A DNA stretch of 63,421 nucleotides, the filler included, from Octopus bimaculoides (Eukaryota), in assembly GCF_001194135.2 (NCBI RefSeq). It is 7 parts of 6 records of this genome, joined end to end, with 100 filler letters (N's around TTAATTAATTAA, not from the genome) between each part and the next. Parts side by side here need not be neighbours in the genome. Positions count along the whole stretch, not along the records: positions 1 to 16,753 come from NC_068987.1; 6 more parts are not named here. The stretch is one strand, 5' to 3'. The translations under genes were made by a program, and so were the position numbers. The notes beneath the pieces were generated by a model that was not told where the DNA came from, ran no database searches, and worked only from the letters and a program-made list of their open reading frames with translations. Positions 1 to 14,700 of this stretch are shown here, one piece after another (position 1 is the stretch's first letter; the number at the start of each line of letters is the position of its first letter).

Positions 1-1314
1 ATATATATATATATATATATACGTGTGCGTGCGTGTATGTGAGTGTGCGCGCGTGTGTATGTGTGGTTGTGTGCACGTGTGTGTGTGTAGGGGTGTGTGT
101 ATGTGTGTGTGTAAGATAAGTGAAGAGAGAAAAAGGGACCAGAAAGTTAAATAAATAGAGAAAAAACAAGAGAAAGAACTGGTAAATGGAGAATCTGAGA
201 GATGGAGAAAATAGAAGGAATGGTCGGTCGGTCGGTTTATCGGTTGGTTGGGTTAGTTGACTGGTTGGCTGGCTATTTGGCTGGCTGGCTGGTTTGTTGG
301 GAAGAAGTGTTCCAGCTACTAGGACGATTGGCAACGAACGCAGAAAAAAGGTTGGTGGAAGTGATGATTGAAATGAGGACAGCCGGTTGAAACAAAATAG
401 AGGAGGAGCATGAAATAGAAGAAAAATAAATAAGATATAAAAAAAAAGGGAAAAAAACAAAACAAAACGAAAGAAACAAGAAAAGAAAGGATAAAAACGG
501 TGTGCGTCCTTGTTTGTGAATGTGTTTGTCTGTTAGTGCTGGGACACGTACACGCTCACACGCATACACGTTTTCTGCAATCTCGCACCGATCTGTCGAG
601 CGTCCGATAATAGATCGGGTCGGATTGCGTGTGAGTTACACCAATCCGTATGTCTAACATATGCTGGTGCCACACAACAAACAGATCAATCTATGAATCC
701 AATATCAGGGTTGGGGGGGGGGTATGTTTTTCTTCCCTTTTTATTATTTATTTATTTATTTATTTATTTTGACTTTCTTTATACAAGCATTTTATTATTT
801 TTTTGTTCTACACATTTCTCTAGGCCGGCTTGTTTTGCTTGTTGTGAGCATGCATCTGATTGCTTAGCTGAACAGAGAGATAAGACGAAAAGGAAAAAGA
901 AAAAGACCAGCAAATAATATGGTTGGCGCGCACGCACACACACACACACACACACNNNNNNNNNNNNNNNNNNNNNNNNNNNNNNNNNNNNNNNNNNNNN
1001 NNNNNNNNNNNNNNNNNNNNNNNNNNNNNNNNNNNNNNNNNNNNNNNNNNNNNNNNNNNNNNNNNNNNNNNNNNNNNNNNNNNNNNNNNNNNNNNNNNNN
1101 NNNNNNNNNNNNNNNNNNNNNNNNNNNNNNNNNNNNNNNNNNNNNNNNNNNNNNNNNNNNNNNNNNNNNNNNNNNNNNNNNNNNNNNNNNNNNNNNNNNN
1201 NNNNNNNNNNNNNNNNNNNNNNNNNNNNNNNNNNNNNNNNNNNNNNNNNNNNNNNNNNNNNNNNNNNNNNNNNNNNNNNNNNNNNNNNNNNNNNNNNNNN
1301 NNNNNNNNNNNNAT

Positions 1315-1345
<31 letters not shown>

Positions 1346-2460
1346 CACAAATACACACACGCACACACGCACACATGATATTTTAGTTTTTATACTTTGT
1401 TATTGTTCAGTTATGAATGAGCTAGTCTCTAACCAAGAAACAAGACTCCCACATTGAAATTTTGTCTGCAGTGACTGTAAATTTACATGCTTAACTCTAT
1501 ATGTTTATATTATTATATACATTTGGAGGGTTCTATTTATTGATGCAATGTGTTTAATTTGTAATTAAGGTACTATTTTTAACCTCAGGATCTAAACGTT
1601 AAACAAGTATTTCATAAACATCTTCACTTATTACAAACAGCAAAAGCTATCAAAGTTAAAATGTTAACCTATAACCAGTTCTTCCAAATCAACTGTCCAT
1701 TAATATTTTTCTATCTCATTGACTAGGTGAGACACTTTTAGAGACTGAATGTTAGCATGTTTTATACATTATATTTCTTTCTTCTTTCTCTTTTTTTTTT
1801 CTTTTTCGTTTTACCTTCTATATTTTCTTCAAAAATGTGTAGGCTTCCTCTCTTTTGACACAGATTAAAACAACAGATGTATAGCTGCTGCGGTTTAGCC
1901 CTAGGACAGGCTTCACATATAATCAAAGGGTTTAGTTAATATGTTTCTATTTAGTAAAATATTTTTATTTGACTGTTCATCGTACATCTTTTGTTGTATG
2001 AAATGTAGATATTTCCGTAAACACATATACTTTACACTTTCCACGTGGAGTAGAATAGTCATCTTCACAATAACAACGTATTAATATGTGATTGTTGTAA
2101 ATTGTGTAGGTGTGTCCGTAAAACAGTGAGCGCCTGTGTGTATATGTGTGTGTGTACTGTGTGTGTGTGTGTGTGTGCATATGCGTTGTGGGTGTGAGTA
2201 TGTATGAGTGCATATCTGTAGAGACGTTTAAATATGGATACGCATGCACATACATTCATGTAAAATGCGACTATTCTTCTAAAACGAATTTAAGAAAAAA
2301 AACTGAATATTGATCGAGTAGGTGACTGACTGTCTGCTGTGGATTAAGAGTCAAATTTCTGGTGTACTCCGGTCTGATCAGAACTTCCAGTTTTGGCTGT
2401 ATTGGTCTATTCAATAGACTGTTTGAATAACGCATAATTACTGTGCCTGTCAAGTCAAGA

Positions 2461-2550
<90 letters not shown>
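2461..2550. repeat. (CA)n microsatellite (one of many: also 4872-4970, 7323-7450, 11741-11809, 40326-40452, 47442-47520)
   Basis: Directly visible. Confidence 0.95.
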
Positions 2551-2553
<3 letters not shown>

Positions 2554-3017
2554 CACGCGCGCGCGCGCAGCAGTATAAGATATGGATTCAGAGTATTATG
2601 TGGCTGTCACAGTAAGCTCCTCGCACGGACTTGGATATCAGTTCACATATTAATCAACTAAGTAGTTCATTGTAAAGTTTCCAAAAGCTAAAAGTTCCCA
2701 AATCTCAGCAACAAATTTATTGTCTGAGTTGTATATGAAACATAATGTCAGGAGGTATTAGAGATGAATATATAAATATACAAATATTTAACCACCTGAC
2801 GTCCATAGTGTTACGGCTGTTTCACAACCTCCTTCATATTGTATTATTAATTTCAGGTTACAAGTAATTATGCGCACAAGTTTGAATGAAAGTTTTCTCA
2901 TTATTAAACTCATAATTCTTTACTCACAAATTAATGCAAATAAAGAAACCTAATTCATCAGATCCAAATAATATCGTAGTTATATCAATGGTTCAACTCT
3001 AAATCGGCATACAATTT

Positions 3018-3053
<36 letters not shown>

Positions 3054-3467
3054 AAGGGTTGAACAGACAGAACACAACAANNNNNNNNNNTGTGTGTGTG
3101 TGTGTGTGTGTGTGTGTGTCAAGGGTTGAACAGACAGAACACAACAAGGAGAAAATGTTAAACGAAGGCAGACCAAACGGGAAACTAGACGAAATTTACA
3201 AACGGGAGATAGAGACAAAGATACGATACACGGAATACTCACAGCTGAGTTTACCTTGTCAGTTAATGATCCAAAACACCATAATGGTTTCGCGCCATTA
3301 ATGTATGGAAAAATGTATTGGACAAAGTTACAATGATTTAGTTAATAAAAGTAAGCAACAGAGTAAACGTATACTTTTACTGACCAAATCAATGTAATTT
3401 TGCCCAATTCTGTGCTTCCATATATGTATATGCAGAGAATGAATATTTGTATATACAATTAAGATTA

Positions 3468-3844
3468 ATTCTTTTCTACTCTAGGCACAAGGCCCGAAAT
3501 TTTGGGGGCCAGTCGATTAGATCTACCCCAGTACGCAACTGGTACTTAATTTATAGACCTCGAAAGGAATGAAAGGTAAAGTCGACCTCGGAGGAAATTG
3601 AACTCAGAACGTAAAGACAGACGAAATACCTATTTCTTTACTGCCCACAAGGGGCTACACACAGAGGGGACAAACAAGGACAGACAAACGGATTAAGTCG
3701 ATTATATCGACCCCAGTGCGTAACTGGTACTTAAATTTATCGACCCCGAAAGGATGAAAGGCAAAGTCGACCTCGGCGGAATTTGAACTCAGAACGCAGT
3801 GGCAGACGAAATACCGCTAAGCATTTCATCCGACGTGCTAACGT
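3468..3844 (-). mobile_element. tRNA-derived SINE family B, dimeric form
   Basis: Two monomers (GAGTTCAAATTCCGCCGAGGTCGACTTTGCCTTTCATCC core) joined by an approximately 63-nt linker at 3631-3695. Confidence 0.85.
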
Positions 3845-4544
3845 CTCCTCGTGTTATGATTAGGATTAATTGAAGTATTGATATAGGCATGATGTTCTGG
3901 TGGTATTATGAGCTAAGTTTCTTTCGTAGCTTTAATTTAAGAATATAGAATTGCTTTGAATAATGGTGAGTACTCATATTAATGCAGACATATACGCATA
4001 CTTTGTTGGATAGTGAAATTAATACTACATGAAGAAAGTTGTGAAACAGCTGTAACCTTTTAGAAGTCACGTCGATAAAAAAAATCTATATAAACCGCGC
4101 CTATCACCTGATTTTAAGCTTATATATATATGTGTTCCCGCGCTTCTGTATTAACCTTTTTATTAGGTTAAGTATATATGTAAAACCTTGTGCATTTTTC
4201 TCTGTCTCTCTTATTTCGGTCAATCTTTTCGAATGCCTCTGTCTAAGTATATAGCTAGGTAGCTGAGATTATACGGGCTAAAATTTATAAGTTATAGAAT
4301 AACTTTGATAATAAAAGAAGATTTGAGAAACGTTTAGGCGAGAAAGGATAACATATGGAATGAATGAAAGCAAGACAAAGCAACCTGCGGGCAGTGAAGT
4401 ACGGAAGAGAGAGGTGAAGAGAGAAAGAGAGAGATGGAAAGAGAGAAAGAGTGTGGTAAAGAGAGAGAGGCATGCTTCGATTTTTCATTACTTGTGAAGA
4501 AGAATATGAGATGGAATGTTTGAAGAAATATAATTACTTACGTG

Positions 4545-4576
<32 letters not shown>

Positions 4577-4869
4577 TACATGCGTGCATACACCCTCACA
4601 CCATCCAAGCTGAAAACTGCACATAAAGCATCGTAAGATGGGCGATATATTTCATTATCTTAATCTTTTTGAAAATTCTGTAATTTGAATACATTGTTGA
4701 TTATCCTCAAACAACTTATTAATTTTAGAAAGCAGATATTAAAACTAGATGCAGGCTACATAAGAAGTCTATGGTAGCCCTTTATTTTCACAAAACTTAA
4801 ATGAATGTAATGAATATTGAATACTAGTAGCAGGATTGCAAAGTTATAAAAGCAACACGTCAGTATTAT

Positions 4870-4972
<103 letters not shown>

Positions 4973-5375
4973 TGTACATATACGTAAATACATACATTCG
5001 TTCCTGTGTATTTGTGTGTATGAGTGTATGTGCGCGCGCATAGATACATACATACATACAACAGGAAAATGCTTTGGGAGATTTATCATGGACTGGATAA
5101 AGGTGTTTACATTTGTATCAATGTATGCTACCCATTTCAATCGCTTAAGAGGACGATTCAGTCATGCTGAAATGAAACAGAAAATATAGTAAATTCATTT
5201 AAACTAATCTCCCATGATGTCATTTCTCGCAGTTCCCATATTTTCCTATCAAAGTCGCATGGTTTTGAAATCCCTGATTTTTTACTGGGCTTTTGTAGTT
5301 ATAGTAGCAGCATGAGCGGCTATTGATTATAATTGCAGCAGTGCTGACAATGTGTGTGTGTGTGTGTGTGTGCGT

Positions 5376-5406
<31 letters not shown>

Positions 5407-7322
5407 CGTGCGTGTGTGTGTGCTTGTCCATATGAGTGAACGCTGAAAGATAAGATGTGGCGGGATCCCGGATATCTAGAAAGTACACTGAGTGTATCGT
5501 TTGGTGGAAAGGTCAAACCCAACAATTTACATTTGACAAACTCATCTTAGAACCCCTGAACCAGTTATGTAATTCGAACTTAGTATCTTTCTACTATTAA
5601 ACCAATCCTAGTATTAATTCAGTGAAATGTAATTATGTATAATTATAAAATGTATAAAAAATACAAGCATATCTATTGCTCAAGTTACTAAAATACAAGT
5701 ATGCATGCATGCAGTAAGTTTATTGGCACAAGTTTTAAAACATCGCAGAGTATGTGGTATGCTTTTCTTTTCGGTTCTTCTCGTGTATAGGCACACACGC
5801 CAGCAACTTTTAGAAGGGGCAATATTGGACACAGTTGCTTAGCTGAATGAATTTATAAATTTTGGTGGCTAAACACAAACTATATAGGGTGACTATGGTC
5901 ACCATGTATTGTTACAAATCTTAAATGGATCTTATTGATGGCCAATCAGCAGCAGAGAAGCACATTTGTAAAAACAGTAAAAATAAAAAAACTGCTCGAC
6001 TCCTCTGGTCGCAATATATTATCACATTGCTTGAGTACCAGAATATGACACGTAGTCATGTATATTCACAAACAAACTATATATAAATACGAAATAATTT
6101 GAAAGCATTTTACTAGATTGCTTTTCGCTAAGGTATCTCTCTCTCTTCTGCACTCTCCTACACAGCACTAGTCGTTAATGTGCTTGCCTCTACGGCTATT
6201 TGAGTTATACATTGAACATACTGAATAGGTAACTGTTCATGTAAATATTCATTCACTAGGGGCCTAAGCACAACAATCCCGATGACTGGACCACAGCTAA
6301 TCTCTTGCCAATTATAATAAGAGTAGTGAAATTATAGATGATGAACATAATTATAAATGCGTTAGGGATGAATACCATACTAGTCATTTGGGTGTCATTA
6401 AAGACAGTTTTAGTGGTATTGCCATAATGTTATGGTGGGTGTTAGTAGAAGTTGTAATCTTCCTGGCAGAAAAGTTGATAAGGTAATGTTGGTTAAAATG
6501 TTCCTGGTACGGGCGGTAGTAACAATGTTTACAGTATTTCCTCGAATCTGGTTGGGATAGATGTAAGTGTGTGTGGAGGAAGTTGTACGGGCTCTGATGG
6601 CGATGCAAGATAACAGTCTGAAAGGCATATAGTTGCCTCTGCACAGGTCAATGCACGTAAATGTTCTTTGTACACGCAAATAGTCTGTCTCACGCAAATG
6701 ATACAGATGTACTAGATCAGATGAGAAGAAACTATCAGATGCGAAAGACGATCTGAGCCGAGTAGAAGAAAGAATTTGTAAATATTCATTTGCAGTCAAC
6801 ATAGGTATTCTGAGTAATAGTGTTAAGTGGTGGTCAGTGTGGGAAGAGACGATTTGTCTGAGCAAAATGACAGTCGCAGATTAATGGGAAGACTGACAGC
6901 CGTCGCTAAATGTCCAATTGTCTGCCTGACTACATGGCAGCCTGCCTGTCCGGCTGTCTTCATCGCATGGAGATGGATGGTGAGATGCGGAGATAGAAAA
7001 CTGGAAAAATTGTTATTGATTATTGTTAGATAAATAAAGAGACATACAAACATACCAGCTGATGAACATTCAGCCCGGTGCAGTGATAAATTAGGATATA
7101 GATTGAGGGATAGACAAACATGCAGACGATCGCAGATACATACAGAGGTGTAGCCAGTATTGAATTTTCAGTAATGTTTTTTTTTCTTCTTACATACAAG
7201 TATAGTTTGATACTTCCATAAACAGGCTACTGGACAAATTGACTGATTCCCAAGTACTGCGTATGCATACTAGTGAACATTCATGATAACAAGCAGATGA
7301 AGAAAGTCATAGCTACGCAAAT

Positions 7323-7404
<82 letters not shown>

Positions 7405-7450
7405 ACACATACACACACATACACACACACGCATTCACACACACACACAC

Positions 7451-7484
<34 letters not shown>

Positions 7485-8538
7485 GAAATACTTACCTGTA
7501 AATATACGGATCCTCGAATTATAAATCATGCCATAACATGGAACTATGTAACGTGTAATCTAGTTTCCTGTAATTTTCTTTTCTATATGTATGTTTGTGT
7601 GTTTATGTGTGAGCATGCGTTTGTCTGTGTGAGCGATGTATCTCTATCGTTCAGCGATGAGCAGTTGGTTATTCGATCAACTTAATTACTTGATACTGAA
7701 TTCAAATGTAAGTGGCAGTGCATTCTACATAAAAAGTTTGTCAACGTAATTCACAGACAGAATCAACACAATACAATATGCGAGACAATACTATAATCTA
7801 TCTGATGACCTTCTACAGAGTTTCGGTTTATTCAGTTTCTCCCAGATGCTATGAGCCGACCGGAGGCTACTAAAAACCATCCGTCCTCGTAACATATTAG
7901 TTCGGTAAAATANNNNNNNNNNNNNNNNNNNNNNNNNNNNNNNNNNNNNNNNNNNNNNNNNNNNNNNNNNNNNNNNNNNNNNNNNNNNNNNNNNNNNNNN
8001 NNNNNNNNNNNNNNNNNNNNNNNNNNNNNNNNNNNNNNNNNNNNNNNNNNNNNNNNNNNNNNNNNNNNNNNNNNNNNNNNNNNNNNNNNNNNNNNNNNNN
8101 NNNNNNNNNNNNNNNNNNNNNNNNNNNNNNNNNNNNNNNNNNNNNNNNNNNNNNNNNNNNNNNNNNNNNNNNNNNNNNNNNNNNNNNNNNNNNNNNNNNN
8201 NNNNNNNNNNNNNNNNNNNNNNNNNNNNNNNNNNNNNNNNNNNNNNNNNNNNNNNTATATATATATATATATATATATCAAAATGTGTGTGTGTGTGTGT
8301 TTATAAACTCATACATGCACAAATATATATACACTCAAACACAGAGGCGCATTCACACATTGTAAATTGCAATTTGTAATTGTAAATGGATGAAGAGAAC
8401 TGTATATACAGCAGCATAATAACAGTGTATACATAATAAGCAGTATATATAGTAGCATAAAGAAGTCAGAACGCTCGCGGAACCCACCTATAGAATACAG
8501 AGTGTAGGGGTGGTATCTATATATCTATCTATCTATAT

Positions 8539-8623
<85 letters not shown>

Positions 8624-8641
8624 TGCATATATCTATCTATA

Positions 8642-9848
8642 CAGGGGTTAGACAAAATAATGGAAACACCTAGCATCATAGTATAATAATTTTGAAATAT
8701 CTATAAAACCGTCAAAAGCTTGGTTATTTTTATGTTTTCTAATTTATTATTAGTGCAGCTTAATATGTTTTGCTAAAATTGTTAAAAGGGTAATTAAAAT
8801 TCATTAATATGACAGATCTATCGGACTTTCAAAGGGTTCAAATTGTTGGTGCTCTTATGGCAGGCGCTAGCGTAACGAAAACAACCGAAATGTTTGGTGT
8901 ATCAAGAAGTACTATCTCGAAAGTAATGACAGCTTTTGAGAAAGAGGGGACAACCTCATCGTCGAAACAAAACTCCGGAAGAAAACCAAAACTTTCAGAG
9001 AGGGACCGCCAGACTCTTACGCGAATTGTTAGAAAAGATCACAAAAGTACAGCTCCTAAAATTACTTCAGAACTCAATGACAACCTCGAGAACCCAGTTT
9101 CTACAAAAGACTGTTCGCCGGGAGCTGCACAAAGCCGGATTTCACGGAAGGGCTGCAATCAGAAGACCACTACTTTCAAAAACAAATGTTGCAAATCGTT
9201 TAGAGTGGAGTAAAAACTATAGAATTCGTCCCTAAAGCAGTGGAAGAATGATATTTTCTCGGACGAGTCATCCTTTAGCTTATTTCCGACCACCAGCCGA
9301 CTATATCTGTGGAGACAGCCAAAAGAAGCATTTGACCCAGACTGCCTTCTTCCAATTGTTAAACATACAGGAGAATCTGTGTTGATCTGGGTTGGGGCGG
9401 GGGTTATATCTTGGCATAATTAATAGTCAAGACTATTTAAGCATTTTATCTGATCAAATTCATCCTGTGGCTGCGGAATTGTTTCCGGAGGGAAACGCAA
9501 TCTTTCAGGATGATAATGCATCAATTCACACAGCTAAATTTGTTACTGAATAGCACGAGGAACATTCTAGTGAAGTTGAACATCTTATCTGGCCGCCACA
9601 GTCCCCAGATCTCAATATTATTGAACATTTATGGTGCATTTTAGAAAAACAAGTAAGGAGTCGATATCCTCCACCATCGTCACTACAAGATCTGAAGACT
9701 GTTTTAGCTGAAGAATGGACAAATATTGTACGAGTCCATACCTCGTAGAATTCAAGCTGTAATTACTGCCAAAGGCAGTCCTACCCCATATTAAAAAAAT
9801 AATTTGTTTGAAATTTTAAGTTGGTTCCATTATTTTGTCCATTCCCTG
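8642..9848 (+). mobile_element. Full-length decayed Tc1/mariner transposon, DD36E spacing (Incomer-like)
   Basis: TA TSDs at 8640-41 and 9849-50. 27-bp TIRs match at 23 of 27 positions (CAGGGGTTAGACAAAATAATGGAAACA vs CAGGGAATGGACAAAATAATGGAACCA). Length 1207 bp. Confidence 0.92.
8809..9794 (+). pseudogene. Tc1-family transposase pseudogene
   Basis: N-terminal HTH (MTDLSDFQRVQIVGA..GVSRSTISKV), SGRKPKLS, IFSDES (D at 9262), FQDDNA (D at 9512), WPPQSPDLNIIE (E at 9623). Several frameshifts and an in-frame TAG at 9551; ends TAKGSPTPY*. Confidence 0.9.
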
Positions 9849-10835
9849 TATATATGTATAAATGTGTCCATGTGTTTATATATATACGTGTATAAATACG
9901 TATAAACAAGCATGCGTAAATGCAGATATAACCTATTTACTTACATAGAGACATACATGCATGTACACAAGCATAAACATAGGTACATACTATAGAAACA
10001 CACACACGTGCATACATCATGCATACGTCTGTATAGGCTCCGCTGTGCTATCCAGGATATTATTTTCACGTCGAACGACGTCTCCTCACTTCCAGTTACT
10101 GAATTACATTTAGTGTAAGTCACGTCTCAGAGATACGTTCAGTCCTTTCGAAGTCATCCGTAATAAACATTGATTATGTCTCTCCAGACAGACAGTATCT
10201 GCTCTACATACGATTCTGTTTCCGTTTTCTTCTTCCTGACACCTGTCTCCTTACATATCTTTTATAACATCATTATTTTTGCCAACACAGCACCTTCGCC
10301 AATCAAACACAATTTTTATTTTCTATGTGAATTTGGTCGCTGGAAGAAAATTCCAACTAGACATTCATGGATAGGTGATTGTTTTTCTTCTCCATTTTTT
10401 TTTTACTCGAAATCATGTCAAGTTCAGCAATATTAGTCTTTAAATTTAGGGTATTGTGCCGATAACAAAGAAGTACAAATTGAAACAGTATAACAGTGAG
10501 AATTTAATGAAAATGAAAAAAAAAAATCATTAAATGTCTTCGAGATAATTGCTATGATACTAGGTGCCTACGTAGCAGAATTTCTTTCTGTCAGATAATC
10601 AGGGTTCAACAGTATGTTACTAATTTTATGAATAAGAAATTATATATTTGCACAAATTCACTTTCGCCCATCAATAGCCATTGAAGTAGCCATATCAATT
10701 TTGCAATGTCTACGTTATTAACATAGACATGATTATTGTCTTTATGAAATTCTCAGTGTAATTGTTGTTTTGGTAGTTTAATTGGTATAGTCTATTAAAT
10801 TTCAAAGCAGCATTCGATACGTCATACCAAAATAT

Positions 10836-11027
10836 TGATTTCAAACTTTGCCAATAGGCTAGCAATTTCGGGGGAATGGTAAGTAGGTTACATCGATCCT
10901 AGTGCTCTTGGGTTCTTATTTTTCGTCTCTGAAAGAATGAAAGGCAAAGTCAACCTCAGCGGAATTTGAACCCAAAATATGAAGCATTTCGCCCGGCGTG
11001 TTATCTATTATAGCAGCGCGCCGCCTT
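10836..11027 (-). mobile_element. SINE family B with 17-bp TSD
   Basis: ACGTCATACCAAAATAT at 10819-10835 and 11028-11044 flanks the element. Confidence 0.8.
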
Positions 11028-11738
11028 ACGTCATACCAAAATATCAATAAATAAATTTGTAATGTTTTTCCTTGCTATTTATGCATGGATTTTTGTTCTT
11101 ATATTCTTTTATATATTTCAGCCATGGAGCCGCTGCCATGCTGGGGCCTCCCATGAAAGTTTTAGCCGATCAAATCAAACCCATTAATTATACTAAGCCT
11201 CTTATATTTCTAACGGTGTCTTTTTACTGAATCGCTAAGTTATGGAAGGCAAAAATACTCACCGGTTTTCAAACGGTGAAAAACAAAAGCAAATCTTCAT
11301 GCATGCATGCATATGTGCGTATGAGTATGTATGTATATGTTCCTACATAGATATGTTCCTACATGCATACTCACATACAAAAGCGTACTCACACATAAAC
11401 GCTCATATATGCATAGACGACGGTCTTCCACACAATTTCTGCCTACTAAATTCATTTAGAAGCAACGTGAAGAATTTCTTAACATTTGTTAGGAAATGCT
11501 TCACGTTGCAAGTGTTAAATTCATTTTTTACCCATAATGTCCCGATATTGAGTACTAACATACAAGCGTAAACAACAATGACTAAAATGTACAGTGAATT
11601 TACTTGTACATAAATAATAAGAAATTTCGATCGTATGTGAACAATAAGAAATTTAGAGAAATTTTCTAATAATAGTAGTTTTCCAGTCATGTGACACTCG
11701 CTTTATGTGTACACACACTATCAAATGCCGCCCACGAC

Positions 11739-11811
<73 letters not shown>

Positions 11812-12192
11812 GCGTATATATAAGTGCAAAGTAAATTATATTACTTTATACAGTACAACCATTTGAGTAAAATTCTTTGGTCTTTCGTAATTGTGAATAT
11901 TCATATACTGAAGTTTCATTCAAAATGGTAATTAGCTACATTGACGTCTTGGAGTTGAAGAATAGTAGTTGTGGAGTTCATGGCTTTCCCAAAGGCATCA
12001 GCGGAGTGACTAAGATGAATGACTACAAAGGGTAATCAAATCTAGTTTGCAGGCTTTCTTCACAAGAAGAAAACCATCTTTGTAACACCATTCACCACAT
12101 TAATATGTATTACATACATACTTACCCATATATATATACACTTATGTTTGCATATGTGTTTATATGCTTAAAGACACATGCACACGCACTTC

Positions 12193-12298
<106 letters not shown>

Positions 12299-12849
12299 TA
12301 AACATATATACTTTATATGTTATCCCTCTTTATATATACCACTGTGTTCTCACACTGTCCTACAGACGACTATATATATATACATAGGACCAGATTCCGC
12401 ACTCATTCACACATTAACATTTGCATGCATACAAACAAAATTACATACATACACAGACACACCCTCACACACATACACTCACACACATATATAATCAATT
12501 GGAAGCATTATTAGTTGGTAAAGCGTGAACATTAATAATAACTGATCTAGAATCTAGCGCCAAAAACCCAGGTTATTAATGCTTCTACTCAACAAAGAGC
12601 TCGATTGCGATATCCTATTTACACGGGTACTCTCTTTGTTATTATTCGAATTATTCTCTTAAATCTCAAATGGTTAGAACTAAAATCTCTTGTGGTCTTG
12701 ATATATTGACCTCCTCTTCCACTTCACTCTACTGGACATTGCTCCCTTATGTCTCATCAAATTCTTTAGAAGTGGATTGGACACTGCAATTCACCACTTA
12801 GTATTGGTGCAATGGATTTTTCGCTGCGGATTGGGATATGCGATTTGTA

Positions 12850-14531
12850 AGGAAGTAGTAGCACAGTGGTGGTAGGAGCGATGTTGTCTTTATTCTTAAT
12901 GTCGAAGCTGAAGACAAGAGTGGCGGTGGTAGGGTTAGCGGTAATGTTACTGTCGGAGGAGTTTGCAACGAAAATGAGATTGTTATTCTTTTTGTTAATA
13001 GCGTGATGTTGGATATAGCGGTAATAGCATTATTGTTGTTATTGTTTTGGTTGTGAATAGTGTTAATACTTGATGTCGGTTGAGTTGGTGCTAATGCTTG
13101 TAATTGGTGTTGCTATTTGGAGATATCGAGTGTTGTTGGAAGTCGTGGCGAAATTATTGTTTTTGCCGATTTTAATTTTGGTGTCAGTGAAGGAGATGTT
13201 TGTACGGAGGAGATGTGGGTTTAAAGTTATTAATTGTAGTTGGTAATGTATCAGTTTATGTATTGGTCTAGATATTGGTAATGTAGGAAGTTTTCTGTTG
13301 GGATTTTACAGTGGGCAATGCAGTTTGCATATGTGAATGTTAGGCAGCCTGATCTTCGATCTTAAACAGCAATATCTAATGATATTAACCGTAATTGCAA
13401 TTTGGTTTTGCAGGTGATGCCTCGGTTTCGGTTATATATAGGCGCAGGAGTGGCTGTATGGTAAGTAGCTTGCTTACCAGCCACATGCTTCCGGGTTCAG
13501 TCTTACTGCGTGGCACCTTGGGCAAATGTCTTCTACTATAGCCTCGGCTAACCAAAGCCTTGTCTGTGTTTGTCACCCCACCCACTGCCACCATCGCTTG
13601 ACAACCAATGTTGGAGTGTGTACGTCCCAGCAACATAGCGGTTCGTCAAAATGGACCGATATAATAAGTACTAGGCTTACAAAGAATCAATCCTGGGGGG
13701 GGGGGAGATTTGTTCGACTAAAGACGGTGCTCCAGCATGGCCGCAGTCAAATTGATTGAAACAAATGAAAGAATAAAAGAATACAGGAATATGTGACAAA
13801 GTGAAGATGTGAAACTTTTCGTAGTTGTTGCAGGGTTGAAAATATTGTTAATATACGAGGTGTGCGTGTTCGTGTGTGTGTAATGTTAGTAACGATGTTA
13901 ATATTGGTATTGTATGGTAGTGTGGTGGTGATATCAGTGTTAGTGGAAGACATGCTGGCGGAAAATGTGAAAAAGCTGTTTCTGGAAATCACGGCGTTTT
14001 GATTCTAGATGAAATTGATGGCGATGAGGATGCTGTTGGTCTAAAAGATGTCGGAGACGGTGATAAATCAGGGAATGCCTAAAGACCTACTGCTGTTTAT
14101 TGTCAGGAAAGAATGTCATTATGAAGTAACAATGCTGTTGCTACCGCTACCAAGTGTCGGCTATGAATTTATTGTTGTTTTTGTTGCCGGCACTGACAAC
14201 GATCGTGGTGGTAATGAGAAGACACCTAACGTAAAACGAAGGAAGAGGAGGAGGAGGACGGTGAAAAAGGAGGGTGACGAGGAGGTTGAGGAGGAGGGTG
14301 TCAAGGTGAAGGGTGAGGAGAAGAGTGACAGGGAGAATTTGTGAGAAGAATGAGAAGCGGTGGGGAGAGGGGGAAACAATGGATTATTGGAAGTGTGCGG
14401 GGGTGGTGGGTGAAAAACAGTTGCATGAGCTGATGACAGTAATATTTTAAAGATTATTGCTAGTGCCTCTTGTGGTGATCTCACTGCTACGATGACCAAC
14501 ACCACGACCACTCTCACTGCTACCACCACCG

Positions 14532-14582
<51 letters not shown>

Positions 14583-14700
14583 TTAGTAGTAGTATCTCTG
14601 CTGATACCACCCCTGCTATTGATTCTGATGATGTTATTGGCTATGGTGATCGTTGCTGTTAGAACGTTGAATAATGTGCTTATACTGATGAAAAATGTAT
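12850..14700. repeat. Low-complexity G/T-rich degenerate trinucleotide region including (CTA)n at 14539-14582
   Basis: Directly visible; interrupted by a family A SINE. Confidence 0.7.
13441..13783 (+). mobile_element. tRNA-derived SINE family A, near full length
   Basis: Head TGGCTGTATGGTAAG..GGGTTCAGTC, body GCACCTTGGGCAA.TGTCTTCTACTATAGCC, 3' end GGTGCTCCAGCATGGCCGCAGTC..GAAACAA; repeated in the window. Confidence 0.85.

Noticed and set aside
3023-3146. Direct repeat (GT)n-CAAGGGTTGAACAGACAGAACACAACAA
   Set aside because: Duplicated across a 10-N gap; likely an assembly overlap.
6384-7053. Cluster of 68-151 aa ORFs in unique-looking sequence
   Set aside because: No recognisable domain, no convincing splice-site pair, and overlapping ORFs on both strands.
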